A stretch of DNA of 64,000 nt from the human T2T-CHM13v2.0 reference genome, Homo sapiens, in assembly GCF_009914755.1 (NCBI RefSeq), contig NC_060947.1. The stretch is one strand, 5' to 3'. Below the pieces are notes generated by a model that saw only the letters and a program-made list of their open reading frames with translations, was not told the origin of the DNA and did no database searches. The position numbers and the translations under genes were made by a program. Below, one piece after another: positions 43,930 through 59,742 of this stretch; positions within the stretch are counted from its first letter, which is position 1, and each line of letters begins with the position of its first letter.

Positions 43930-45309
43930 TGAGTTATTTTTAATTTTTTTTTCTTCTTTTCTCTTTCCTCCTTTTCCCCTTTTCCCCACTCCCTAGTTAG
44001 ATCTTTAAAAATGCAATTGTAACCTTTATCTTCCCTTCACCAGACACTCCCTACAGGGCAAGCTTATGTATACGCTTACCTAAAAGCTCCAGAGCCAGAA
44101 ATCTCTCCCACTCGGGGACTGCCTCAAGAGACAGCAGTCAATTTACAACCTAAAGCATGCCCACAACAAAACTCTCTCCCACCTGGAGGATATCTTGAGG
44201 CAATGGTCACTTTACAACCTAGTTCTGCCTGCAATGGCACCAGCTCAACCACCTGGTACATAAGACACAAAAGCAAGTTGCATAGACCTCACCTTCTCAC
44301 TCCCTTCCCTGCATGCCATTAATGCCAACTCCCCCTTTAAAAGCCCCTGCTTTCTGCCCCAAAAGCAAAGTGATACCCTTAAAGTCAGGAGCCTATACTT
44401 CTTCCCCCTAAGCTAATTTTTGGAATAAAAGTCATTTTATTGAGAACCTCCATAAACTGTTGGTGGGAATATAAATTAGTAAACCATGATGGAGAACAGT
44501 TTGGAGTTTCCTCAAAGAACTAAAAATCGAATTACCATATGACCCAGCAATCCCACTGCTGGGTATACACCCAAAAGAAAGGAAGTAATTATATTGAAGA
44601 GATATCTGCACTCCCATGTTTGCTGCAGCACTGTTTACAATAGCTGAGATTTGCAGCAACCTAAGTGTCTATCAACAGATGAATGGATAAAGAAAATGTG
44701 GTACACATACAAAATGGAGTACTAGTCAGCCATAAAAAGAATGAGATCCTGTCATTTGCAACAACATGGATGGAACTGGAGGTCATTATGTTAAGTGAAA
44801 TAAGCCAGACACAGAAAGACAAATATCAAATGTTCTCACTTATTTGTGGGATCTAAAAATTAAAACAATTCAACTCATGGACATAGAGAGTAGAAGGATG
44901 GTTACCAGAGGCTGGGAGGGGAAGTGGAAGCTAGGGGAGGTGGGGATGGTTAATGGGTACAAAAAAATAGAAAGAATGAATTAGATCTACTATTTGATAG
45001 CACAACAGAGTGACTATAGTCAATAATAATTTAACTGTACTTTTTAAAAATAACAAAAATCGTGTAATTGGACTGTTTATAACTCAAAGAATAAATGCTT
45101 GAGGGGATGGATATCCCATTCTCCATGATGTGATTACCCATTGCATGTATCAAAACATCTCGTGTACCCCCTAAATATATACACCTACTATGTATCCACA
45201 AAAACTAAAAATAAAATTTTGTTTAAAAAGTCACTTTCTTTATACCACATCTCACCCTTGTTAATTGGACTCTGCGAGGGGTGAACAACTGGACCTGTGA
45301 TTCAGTTAA
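43930..45309 (+). mobile_element. MER67-like ERV1 LTR split by an L1MA insertion
   Basis: CACCAGACACTCCCTACAGGGCAAG and CAGTCAATTTACAACC, AATAAA at about 44424; resumes at 45226 with TTGTTAATTGGACTCTGC..GGACCTG. Confidence 0.65.
44442..45225 (+). mobile_element. L1MA 3' end (end of ORF2 and 3' UTR)
   Basis: GACCCAGCAATCCCACTGCTGGGTATA..GGATGGAACTGGAGGTCATTATGTTAAGTGAAATAAGCCAG; TSD AAAAGTCA(T/C)TTT(A/C)TT at 44427 and 45226. Confidence 0.9.
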
Positions 45310-45664
45310 AATTAGATCCTCAGGCACCTTCTGTTGAGAAAGAATAGGTCTCAAATGTTGCAAATCTCTTTTACCTTTCTCAAGGTTCTAGCCTCTCCTA
45401 TCACCAATTTAGGTAAGAATATAAAATCATCAGGCCTGTGTTACCTCAACTATCTTCCTCTTTGATCCAAAACGTATACTTAGTGGACAAAGGCTTTTTG
45501 GACAACTAATATGTGCTAAGTCTTAAGGTGGGTTCAGAAATGGCCAGGATCCATCAACTAATCAATGGATAAATAAAATGTGATCTATCCATACAATGGA
45601 ATATTATTCAGCCATAAAATGTAATGAAGCACTAATACTATGATGCAACATGGATGAACTTTGA

Positions 45665-48426
<2,762 letters not shown>

Positions 48427-49029
48427 GAAAACATCATGCTAAGTGAAAGAAGCCAGACACAAAAGACCCTATATTGTATGATTCCACTGATATGAAATGT
48501 TCAGAATAGGCAAATGCACAGAGACAGAGAGTAGGTAAGTAGTTGCCTGAGGCAGTAGAGGGTTGAGGGATTGGGAGAAGATGGGCATGGCTATTCAGGG
48601 GTCTGGGGTTTCTTGTTGAAGTTATGCAAATGTTCTAAAATTGATTGGAGTGATGATTACACAACTCTGTGAATATTCTGACAGCAATATTTCTCTTCCT
48701 GGCCCATTTTTTGGGTGGTTTTTCTGGCATTGCTGCACCATGTCTGAAGCTCCTGGCACTTACACTCTTGAAGTCTTCTCTATCAGCTTTCCCGGACCCT
48801 CTGCTTTTTTCTTGGAATTGATCAAGATTTGCCAGATCATAGTTTGGCACTGACCTCTGATTGTTGGCTTCTGTAAAGAACCCCAAACTACAGGAATTGG
48901 AATGCCTGGTCTGGTCAAAGGAGAGGATCTGGTTGATTCTGGACAAATCACTCCACCTCGCTGAGTATGATTCTTCATCTATAGAGTGGACTGAATGATC
49001 TCCAAGTACTTTCAAATATGAAAACTACT

Positions 49030-49465
49030 CTAGTTTCCTCAAGCTGCCACAAACTGCACGGCTTAAAAAACAGAAGTTTATTGTCTCATAGTTCTGGAAG
49101 TTAAAAGTCTGAAATCAAGGTGTCTGCAGGGCCACGCTCCCTCTGAAACCTATAGAGAAAGATCCTTCTTGCCTCTTTTGGCGTCTGGTGTTTGCCAGCA
49201 ATCCACAGTATTCCTTACCTTGAAGACGCAGGACTCCAGTCTCTGCCTCTGTTGTCACATGGCCATCTTCCCTCTATGTCTCTCTCCTCTTCTTAAGAAC
49301 AGAAGTCATAGTGGATTAAGGACCCACCCTACTCCTACTATGACCTCATCTTGACTAATCACATCTGCAACAACCTCATTTCCAAATGAGGTCAGCTTCT
49401 GAGGTCCTGGGGGTTAAGACTTCAACATGTAATTTTGTGGGGATGCAGTTCAACCCATAACCACA
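49030..49465 (-). mobile_element. MLT1 (MaLR) LTR
   Basis: TCTCATAGTTCTGGAAG..AAATCAAGGTGTCTGCAGGGCCACGCTCCCTCTGAA..GCAGTTCAACCCATAAC. Confidence 0.8.
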
Positions 49466-52400
49466 ACCGTGGCTTTTCTTCCTTAGAAGTTACTGAGAAC
49501 TCCATGAAAGTTGAAAATGCCCTTGTGAATGGGAGAGTCATTCACGACTATTGGAAGAAAAAGGCAATTTTCCTGTCGGCTATTAATAAAGCTATTATAG
49601 CAATATGGCAAGGTTTCTACTCTGATTATCCTTGAACTTAAAGTCATAATAGTATCCATTATTTCCAGTGAGTACAAGGGAAGGTCACATTACTGTGTTC
49701 TCTTCATTGCTGCCCTTAAATGCTTTCAGGGAAAGGGGGAATAGATAAAGCCCCAGGCCTTACTCAGCAATCGGGGCAAGACGTAGCAGTGTTTTGAACC
49801 TGAAGGAGACAACCCAGGGCTTCCTGTGCCAATGACTCAGAATGGAAAATGGTCTTTATAAATGTCCCTCCAGTGTGCAAAGGGTAGAGACTAGAATTTA
49901 AAATTCATCAGATATTAATAAGAAAAACCAAAGCAAACAAAAAATCTACTTATGATCATAGAACATTGCCATTGGGGAGCTGTTTATTATTTGAGCCTTT
50001 TTAAAATTTCTTTTTTTGTGTGTGAGAAACATATTTCTAGGAGTAGAGAGAAAAGGCTCCCCTGTTTTATGTACTCAGTCTTTCCCTCCTTTGAGATTAC
50101 CCCTAAACTATTTTAGGGATAGCTCCCTGGTTATCTCAGTAATGATGACCCCAGAAGTTCAGAGATAATTAAGAGCCATGTCTGGGTTTGTGAGAGAAGC
50201 CCAAATGCAGTTATTCAAACCAGAAACCAGAGCCTCGTTGTTGACTCTTCCCTCTCACCGTGAGATCCAACCACTCATCAAGGACTCTCCATTTGACCTC
50301 CTAAATTCTTCTCCCATCCATCCCCCATCTTTGTGTCCATCATCAACACCCCTTGTCCAAGATACCTGCATTGCTCACTAGCTTCCTGGTATCCACTGTG
50401 TTCCCTCCAATTCAGTTCCAGAAGCTAGAGTGATTCTTATCAAAAGTGTGGCTTCTTCTGAATTAGGCTGACAATCTCAACTCCTGGAGAAGACCCACAA
50501 TCCCTTTGTGACCTTCCATTTGTGCACCCCTCCAGCCTCCACTCTAAGCACCCCCACCAGTTGTCTTCGGTTTGTGCTAAGAACACACCAAACTCCCATC
50601 TCAGCACCTACACACATACGACTGCCCCAAGGCACGTCTGACTCCAGACTTCACTTAGCTAATTCCTGCTTACCCTACAGGGAGAGGTTAAATGCCACTG
50701 AGAGCAGCTTTATTCTAACCTCCAAATCCCACTCAGACGTCCCCCTTATACTATCTTCTCAGCATTTACCACAAGTTTTGTTGGATAAATGATAGAGAAA
50801 TGAATAGTGTGGCTACAACACGTGTCTTCCATTAGACTGTAGGCCCCAAAGATCAGGGAAGGTGACTTTTAGTCCATCACTCTGTCCCCAGTATTCATCA
50901 CCACGCCTGATACACAACAAAGACTTTCAATAAATACTTTTCAAGTGAATGAATGAATGAGCAAAGGTTCAGGTTGGCTTCTCTAGCTACACCCTAGGAC
51001 AGATACAGTAAGGTCAGGCCACATTGTCAAATGTCCCACTGTAGCAGTCATGCATAAGGGTAGGCCTTCTGCACCTTCCATGTTCCCATTGCCCACTCAT
51101 GGTGGCAAGCATGCTGATTGTCTCTTGAGTACTACACAGCACCAACAATCTCAGGTACCATGATGCTGATTCCATGAGGCTCTGAGCCTGGGCAAGAATC
51201 ATTTACATTCTTATTGAGTGTTGGGCTATGGTTCAGAGCAAGCACAGCATAAGCCAAGAAGAAGGCAAAGGATGTTATCATGAAATGGAAGAAGTGTGTA
51301 AATTGAGTGCAACTATGTAGAAATCATGCGATGGTCCATAAACAAATATGGGCATAAGAGCAAGTCTGAATTCAGGCTCATGGAAGGCTGGTGTGGCTCT
51401 GCCAGCATGTGCTAGTTCACTAGTTCTATGCCACCATTCAAAGCAGAATTTCCCCAAGTCAATTCCATACGTAAGTACTCCATTAAAAACGCTCCTGAGT
51501 TCAAACAGGTTTGGAAACATCTTAGTTACTATAGTATTTCTCATATGCCTTGTGATCTCCAAAAGAGAACTATACTACACTGTGTCCCAAACTTACTTGA
51601 TCACGATTCCTTTTTTTCTTTTTTTGCAGGGCATCTCCTAGAGCTAATGTTCTCTCTCTCTCTTTGGAAATGCAGATTTGAAGGCCTGAGATTTACCCAG
51701 CCTAATGAACCCCTGAAAATGTTCCCAGGTATATGATGATAGTCACCATATTGACATGAATTGTTCTGTTTTAAAAACAGAAAAAAAAACCACAATAATC
51801 TAGGCCATGTCCCTTGAGGCCTTTATATCAAGATGATTAGCTCCTTGAACTGGTCCTATTAGGTCTCTAGAGGAGAGATTATTGCTTCTGAAGAGAGATG
51901 TGACAACAAGGCAGAATATGATTCAGAAGCGGTAAATAATAAAACTAAAAATGATAGCTTCTCCTTTGGTACAGGGTGGAGAGGTTAATATTCATTTCTA
52001 AAGCATCATTAGCCATATAAAGTATAATTTCAGCACTTGACATAAACTGAAAACACACATAATCCTCCCATTGAGTGGGCTAACCTTGGCTGTGGCTGGA
52101 TGAGCTCTCTAGGGACTTATTAGGGAATATGGTACTTTCAAAGATGTTAAATCCAGTGGAAGTGACTGAAGCAATTAGTCTCTGATCTTGAGAGAATTTC
52201 CACCTTTGAATCAGCAAACCCTATCCAACCGAAGTTGAGTACTCTAGAGATGATATTGTTTATACTGGAAACCAATATGAAATATGTGAATGTATGTATA
52301 ATGTACATATATAGACACATGTAGAGGAGTATTTATATATAGATAGAGATGTTCATTATTGACTGCTTAGTAGATATAAAGAAGAGAATAAAATTTAAAA

Positions 52401-52554
52401 ATAAGGAAATAAGGAAAATGAGAGCATGATGTAGTAATTTTTCTATTTCTATTTAAATGTTCTTTCCTAACATCCAGTTTGTTGTGGAGTCACCAAAAAG
52501 CATCACCTCATCAAAACACACACACACACACACACACACACCAACAAAAGACAT

Positions 52555-53432
52555 AACCTACCAGCCAAAAAAAAGCCCAGGACCAGACGGATTTACAGCT
52601 GATTTCTATCAGAGGTGCAAAGAAGAAAAGAGCTGGGACTCTTTCTACTGAAACTATTCCAAAAAATTGAAAAGGAGGGACTCCTCCCTAACTCATTCTA
52701 TGAGGCCAGCATCATCCTGATACCAAAACCTGGCAGAGACACAACAAAAAAAGAAAACTTCAGGCCAATATCCTTGATGAACATTGATGCAAAAATCCTC
52801 AACAGGCTGGGTGTGGTGGCTCATGCCTGTGATCCCAGCACTTTGGGAGGCCAAGGTGGGCAGATCACTTGAGAGCAGCAGTTTGGGACCAGCATGGCAA
52901 AACCCCCTCTCTACTAAAAATACAGAAATTAGCCGGGTGTGGTGGCTTGTAATCTCAGCTACTTGGGTGGCTGAGGCATGAGAATCACTTGAACCCAGGA
53001 GACGGAGCCTGCAGTGAGCCATGATTATACCACTGCGCTCCAGCCCAGGGGACAGAGCAAGACTTTGTCTCAATAAAAAAAGTCCTCAACAAAATACTGG
53101 CAAACTGAATCCAGCAGTACATCAAAAAGCTAATCAACCACAATCAAGTAGGCCTCATCCATGGGATGCAAGGTTGGTTCAACATACTCAAATCAATAGA
53201 TGTAATTAATCACATAAACAGATCTAAAGACAAAAACCACATGATTGTCTCAATACGTGCAGAAAAAGCCTTTGATAAAATTCAACATTCCTTCATGTTA
53301 AAAACTCTCAATAAACTAGGTATTGAAGGAACATACCTCAAAATAATAAGAGCCATGTATGACAAACCCATAGCCAATACCATATTGAATGGGAAAAATC
53401 TGGAAGTATTCCCCTTGAAAACAAGAAAGACA
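52555..53432 (+). mobile_element. Older L1P ORF2 internal fragment, interrupted by an Alu
   Basis: Translates to [43 protein letters not shown] and [16 protein letters not shown] with frameshifts. Confidence 0.9.
52805..53080 (+). mobile_element. Alu (old S/J)
   Basis: TSD AAAA(A/G)TCCTCAACA at 52791-52804 and 53078-53091. Confidence 0.92.
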
Positions 53433-53673
53433 AAATCTGCATCATTCCCTGAGGGGCATTTCTTTTCCTGGCTCAGCACATAGGCTAAAAAGAGGCCAAG
53501 AGTGAGCAGATCTGTGAGCTGTGGTTCAACGTCTGGTGGTGGGGAAGAGAAAAGAAGAAAGAATTGGGAAGGAGAGAGAAGAAACAAGGCCTTGTGAGTG
53601 GGGAAAGATGCAGGTAGGAGTCAGTCAAGTATTTATCTTGAGGTGTCTATCTCACATCAGTTTCTCTTTGAGG

Positions 53674-53820
53674 CAGTGGTTTTCAAATTCGGCCTATATC
53701 ACCTAAAGGGCTTGTTAAAACACAGTCTGGGGCATGCCTGACAAGTGTGCAGCTCCAGTGAGTTACCAGGTGCTGCTGATGCTGCTGATTGGGGAACACA
53801 CTTTGAGAACCACTGGTCTA
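53674..53820. mobile_element. MER5A
   Basis: CAGTGGTTTTCAAA..GGGCTTGTTAAAACACAG..CACACTTTGAGAACCACTG. Confidence 0.75.
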
Positions 53821-54575
53821 AGCATCCCCCAAGTGCACAACTCAAAATCAACAATTTCTACCTCCACCTTAGACAGCACTTTGCTCCTGTATCATGGCAC
53901 TTCTTTGTTTTATCTTGGTCAGAGTTAGTAGCTTGATCTCCCTCCTCTGTAAATTCTGTAGGGGACTGAAGATTGTAAATTCCTGGAAGGCAGAGGCCAC
54001 AGTTTACTCATGCCTGTATCCTCCAGAGCACAAAGTACGGTACGTATTAGTTAGCAGTTGTTTAATCAATGTTTGTGGAATAAAATTCTAGAAAGTGATC
54101 TGATAAATATGTGTATTATGTAACTGATGCATACATTAACCTTTCCAGAGATTTACATGGTTTGTTTACTGATGGCAATATCTTAAAACCAAACAAATGC
54201 ATTTCTAATGATGTTCATTTAAGCAATGCACCAGATCTGTTGAGGGGATATAGTTTTGGCAAAGACGTGCTGACTGGTTCTTAAACCACAACGGCTGGAT
54301 TTTTCTGGCTTTCCTGCTCCTCTGACTTATCAGGAGAGCTTTGCGTACCTCCCGAGCCTCCAACAGCCAGAAGTTTCAAGTTAGCCACTAATCTGAACAC
54401 ACGATTATCATGTTCTGATCACAAAATATGAAACATTACAAAAGGAAGGCTCATTTAATTTTCACATGTACACAGTCCAAAGATAAGGTGTGGCTCCTTA
54501 TTCGCATTACTCTGCGAACCCAAATGCACATAGGGAGCCACACCAGATGGGAGTGGCTCCCTATCTGCATTACTC

Positions 54576-54895
54576 TGTGAACCCAAAATATCTGAGACAA
54601 GCCTCAGTCAATTTAGAAAGTTTATTTTGCCAAGGTTAAGGATACACCTATGACACAGCCTCAAGAGGGCCTGACAACATGTGCCCAAGGTGGTTTGGGT
54701 GCAGCTTAGTTCTATACATTTTAGGGAGATATGAGACATCAGTATGTGTAAGATGTACATTGGTTCGGTCCAGAAAGGCTGGACAACTCGAAGCAGGGGA
54801 GGGGACTTTCAGGTCATAGGTAGATAAGATACAAAAGGTTGCATTATTTTGGGTCTCTGATCAGCCTTTCACTGAATATACAATTCACATGGAAG
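54576..54895 (-). mobile_element. Partial MER4-family LTR (3' end)
   Basis: Reverse-complement similarity to the LTR at 19505-19952 (TGTGAACCC..GACACAGCCTCA..ACATGTGCCCAAGGTGGT..GACAACTCGAAGCAGGG). Confidence 0.85.
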
Positions 54896-55120
<225 letters not shown>

Positions 55121-56148
55121 ATTGTAATCATTTTGACTGTAAAATATAATTTCCATAAACCCTTTTATAACCTTTTATTAAGGAGTGGGTTAACATTCCA
55201 AGAAAACTTGTTAATCTGACACAGGGGCCCATATGCTGGTCTTGCATCAGTGTACCTTCAATATTAATGGTTAATTTATAGAGAAACTGAACTAATTTTA
55301 TCTCTCAAAATTGGCCTTTACAATCTCTTACACCATCCTCTTCCATGGTAGTCCCTGGGCCTTGAGGAGTTGAATAGTTTTAATTTCTGGATTGGTGCCT
55401 CACAAACACAGCTTATTTTGATTGGCATCTTCTACCAGGTCTGAAGATGAGGCTTTAACTGGTGTCAGTGTTTAAGATTTAGCAGGACTTGGTGTCTTTT
55501 TTAGACCCAGGAGTCAAAGCCTTGAAACTTAATGGCACAAAGACTTTAAGAGCAAAATACAGAAAGTTACATGGATGTGATAATCTTAATTTAAAACAAT
55601 TTTTAAAGTCTCAGTTTTTTTCTAAGCAAATCAAAAGTTAGTAACAATGACATAGGAATTATTTTGATAAAATGTAAAATTTGTTTGTTAGACCAGTCAC
55701 CAAAAGGCAAAAGAAAAGACCTTCTGCAGTGCAATTGCTGTTCCTATGGGTGTCCATTTAGATAACCTGCAAGTCAAACTAATGAAAAGGGTACATCAAT
55801 TAATCAGACATAGGAAGAGTGTTTCTTGGGTAATAAGTGAAAATTTTTGGATTCATAGAACAATTTAAAGCCAAGAGCACAGAATGTTATGTTGGAATAA
55901 AATATTTCCTTTAGACATTTATAAAACATTTTTAGCATCAGACTTCAACAAACAGTTAGAACCTAAGGGAAAAAAAATCTTACAGGAACTGAAAATGAGT
56001 TGAAGGATAGAGTTATTATTTCAGGCCTTTTAAAAAGGGAGAGAAAGCTGAAAATAGCAAGACACAAAAAAGTTGAACTTTGGGTTCAAAAAAATTAAAA
56101 TCTCTGGTAATTTTATTAAGAATAAACCAATACCTTAAGAAAATTCCA

Positions 56149-56434
56149 GGCCAGGCGTGGTGGCTCACACCTGTAATCCTAGCACTTTGGGAGGCTGAGG
56201 TGGGTGGATCACCTGAGGTCAGGATTTCGAGACTAGCCTGGCCAATATGGTGAAACCCTGTCTCTACTAAAAATGCAAAATTAACCAGGCATGGTGGCAT
56301 ATGCCTCTAATCCCAACTACTTGGGAGACTGAGGCAGGAGAATCATTTGAACCTGGGAGGCGGAGGTTGCAGTAAGCCACTGCACTCCAGCCTGGGCAAC
56401 AAGAGCAAAACTCCGTCTCAAAAAAAAAAAAAAA
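56149..56434 (+). mobile_element. AluS
   Basis: TSD AAGAAAATTCCA at 56137-56148 and 56433-56444. Confidence 0.93.
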
Positions 56435-57525
56435 GAAAATTCCATTGTTCTACCCAATTCTTTAGTGTATAAGTGCTCTTTAAATATTAAAGCCCAATCT
56501 CTAGAAAGACCATCATAAATAATTTCCCTTTAATTTTAGGCAACTTGATCATAAAGACCCTTTTTTTCCATAAATTCTCTTTTTACAAACCTTATTACAG
56601 CTTACACAGGCCATTCATGATATTCATGACATGCTTGGACTTTGTGGATTGTCCTGAACATATCTCTTTCTTAAACAACCAGTCATTTTATTCTAGGACA
56701 AAAATTTACCATACAATATTTTTTCTCATATAAAATTATTTTGTTTTTAACCTTTCTTGCCAAAAATACCTCTTTACATTTATAACTTTTTTTACATTGC
56801 TTTTATTTACTGGTTACCATTACTTTGTTTTATAAATAACTTTTAAATAAACTTTGAATTAGACAAAAATTATTTTCTTTTAAATAAGAACACATTTCTT
56901 TTTTTTAGAAAAAATGTTTTCTTATCACTTAAAAAAATTGGAAATGACCCAGACATTCAATGAATATCTATTATTTAACTTTAGATTTTAAATTTTATAA
57001 GTTTATTTATAAGCATTTATCTCATTACATTTACCTAATTAATTTTTAACATAGTTTAACCAGATTACTTATAAAAACTGTGATAGTTATCATTTAAAGT
57101 TATTTCCCTGTTAACCATTTTATAACCTGTGAATTTCAGGTTTTCCTAAGTGAGAACCTTAAGGTTAGATAAATAGTTTTTTTGGTGTGTTTTTTTTTTT
57201 TTGCCAATAACTCAGGATTTAGCTGTTTTCATTAATTGAACAATATTAAATGATTTATCAAAGTTTACATAAAGATAATTTTCCTTTGGGCTGCATTCAT
57301 AGCTTTACAACCCTCATGCCAAATTTTAACATGTAGCAGCGATAAAATATAAAACCACTTTACCAATAAATCTAAACAATAATGTATGTTGACAATTCTG
57401 AAGCCATTTCTAATTCTGTTTCATGAATACTTTCAAAACCAGCTTATTTACTAAAAATTTACTTGAGTCATATGAACTTGAAAAAGCATTTGGCTTAAAG
57501 TATTTTTTTCTGATAATTTGATTTT

Positions 57526-57814
57526 GGCTGGGTGCAGTGGCTCACATCTGTAATCCCAGCACTTTGGGAGGCCAAGGTAGGCAGATCACTTGAGGTCAGG
57601 AGTTCGAGACCAGCCTGGCCAACATGGTGAAACCCCGTCTCTACCAAGAATACAAAAATTAGCCGTGGTGGCACACGCCTGTACTGCCAGCTACTTGGGA
57701 GGCTGAGGCACAAGAATCACTTGAACCTAGGAGGTAGAGGTTGTAGTCAGCTGAGATTATGCCACTGCACTCCAGCCTGGGCAACAGAGCAAGACTCTGT
57801 CTCAAAGAAAAGAA
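57526..57814 (+). mobile_element. AluS
   Basis: TSD AATTTGATTT at 57515-57524 and 57815-57824. Confidence 0.93.
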
Positions 57815-58794
57815 AATTTGATTTAAGCGCTTTTTTTTCCTTTAAGCCAATTAATTAGAGCTTGTTGGTGTATTTTTAGTAGTGAAACATTATATACATG
57901 ACACATAAATACATAGATATATTAGACATGCAGATAGACCTTATAGATTCATAAGACCTCTTCTTTTTCCTCCTATTTTAGACTTCCAATTTCTTGATGA
58001 CCCATTTTATTACCCTAGGTAGCTGTCAGCTAGATAGCCCCAAATTTGCATATCAAAGGAATAGCTCTCAGGTGAAAAATCAGATATTGAAATTTATATC
58101 TCAAGGTAGAGAGAGAGAGTCTGGTGGTGCTAGGAGATTAAAAACAAATGCCAAATCAAACATAAATTTATAGAAATCTATCAGGATTGTATAAGGAAAT
58201 AAATTTTATTTAGATAGGTAGTTCTATTAAATACATTTAGTCTCTATCTTTTAACTGGATCTCTGAGCTCTGAGCAGAGCACCCATTGAATCCTGGGTCT
58301 CCAAAAAGCGAGAATTATTATGGGACTAGAACACATGATGCTTTTACAGTATACTTTTTTTTAAAAAAAAAGATATTTCTTTAAGTGTCTAAACTATACT
58401 CTTCCTTACTTTAAACACCCAAGAGAAACCTCTGTTATAATAACTATTTTAGTTAAAGAAAAAAAGAAAGAAAGAAATCAGGTAACACAATAAAAAAACA
58501 AGCAGTTTAAGATCTGAGATGAACTTGTCTCTTTACGCTCTTTGTGTTCCATAAGGAAAAACAGAGGTTTCTCCCCAAAAGGGAGTCTGGCACTGTCTGT
58601 TTTCTTTAAGGAATCCCATGCTATTAGAAACTGTATTGGTTCCCTCATGCAGCAGAGGGTGGCAAAAGAAAGTAGAGACAGCAGAAGTAAATGGCGAAAA
58701 CAGAATTCAGTCTACTGAGAAGAGAAAAAAAACTTTTTCTCAAAAAAAAAACAAGGTCCTAGGAGAGAAAAAAAAACCATAACAACCTTTTTAA

Positions 58795-58796
<2 letters not shown>

Positions 58797-58838
<42 letters not shown>

Positions 58839-58856
58839 CATCATCATCATCATCAT
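58797..58856. repeat. Compound (AC)n(ATC)n microsatellite
   Basis: About 20 AC units followed by about 6 ATC units. Confidence 0.95.
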
Positions 58857-59328
58857 CTTGGATATTAGCTTTTAATTAAACTGACTTTTAACCATTGAGC
58901 TCCATTTAAAAAAAAACCTTTTTAATCTCATTACCATATTTTAACTAGGATAAATTGCTGATATTTCAAAAGTAACACAAATATCAAACCAGAAAGGGCT
59001 TTAGAAACCAAACCCAGACTGTCTTGATGAAAAAAAAGTGGGGGCAGAAGCTTAGCTATGGAACTGCTGCATGGGGCGACAGCCATTACTCTTTCAGTTT
59101 GGCTTGGCTAACAAAAACTGGCCTTATTATGTAAATAAAGCCCTCAGGGTAGTCAAAATCAAGAACCTTTCTCTTTTATCCCCTTTTGCTGGACTGTTTT
59201 TCCTTCTCCCTGCTTTTTTTTTTTTTTTTTCCAGCTGTGGAATTTAGCCAATTCAGAGGTCTTGTTCCCCGTAATGTGGAACTTTCCTTCAGATTTGATC
59301 AAGTTGGATAGAGTTGGTCAAACCCAAT

Positions 59329-59742
59329 TGTCAGGCCTCTGAGCTCAAGCTAAGCCATCATATCCCCTGTGATCTGCACGTACACATCCAGATGGCTGGT
59401 TCCTGCCTTAACTGATGACATTCCACCACAAAAGAAGTGAAAATGGCCTGTTCGTGCCTTAACTGATGACATTGTCTTGTGAAATTCCTTCTCCTGGCTC
59501 ATCCTGGCTCAAAAGCTCCCCCACTGAGTACCTTGTGACCCCCCACTCCTGCCCGCCAGAGAACAATTCCCTTTGACTGTAATTTTCCTTTATCTACCCA
59601 AATCCTATAAAACGGCCCCACCCTTATCTCCCTTCGCTGACTCTCTTTTTGGACTCAGCCCACCTGCACCCAGGTGAAATAAACAGCCTTGTTGCTCACA
59701 CAAAGCCTGTTTGGTGGTCTCTTCACAGGGACACGCATGAAA
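59329..59742 (+). mobile_element. HERV-H 5' LTR (LTR7 family)
   Basis: Starts TGTCAGGCCTCTGAGC; two CCTTAACTGATGACATT repeats; TATAAAA 59606-59612; AATAAA 59678-59683; ends CATGAAA. Confidence 0.95.

Larger units (their letters stand above)
55121..59328 (-). mobile_element. MER4-group ERV1 internal (non-coding, AT-rich) sequence
   Basis: Recalled MER4-int-type motifs such as TTAATCTGACACAGGGGCCC, TTTAGCAGGACTTGGTGTC, GGAATTTAGCCAATTCAGAGG and GAGTTGGTCAAACCCAAT; adjacent to a MER4 LTR in the same orientation. Confidence 0.65.

Noticed and set aside
48635-49015. 126-aa minus-strand ORF as a processed pseudogene
   Set aside because: No protein family I recognise, non-ATG start, partly overlaps an L1M relic, no poly(A) or TSD.
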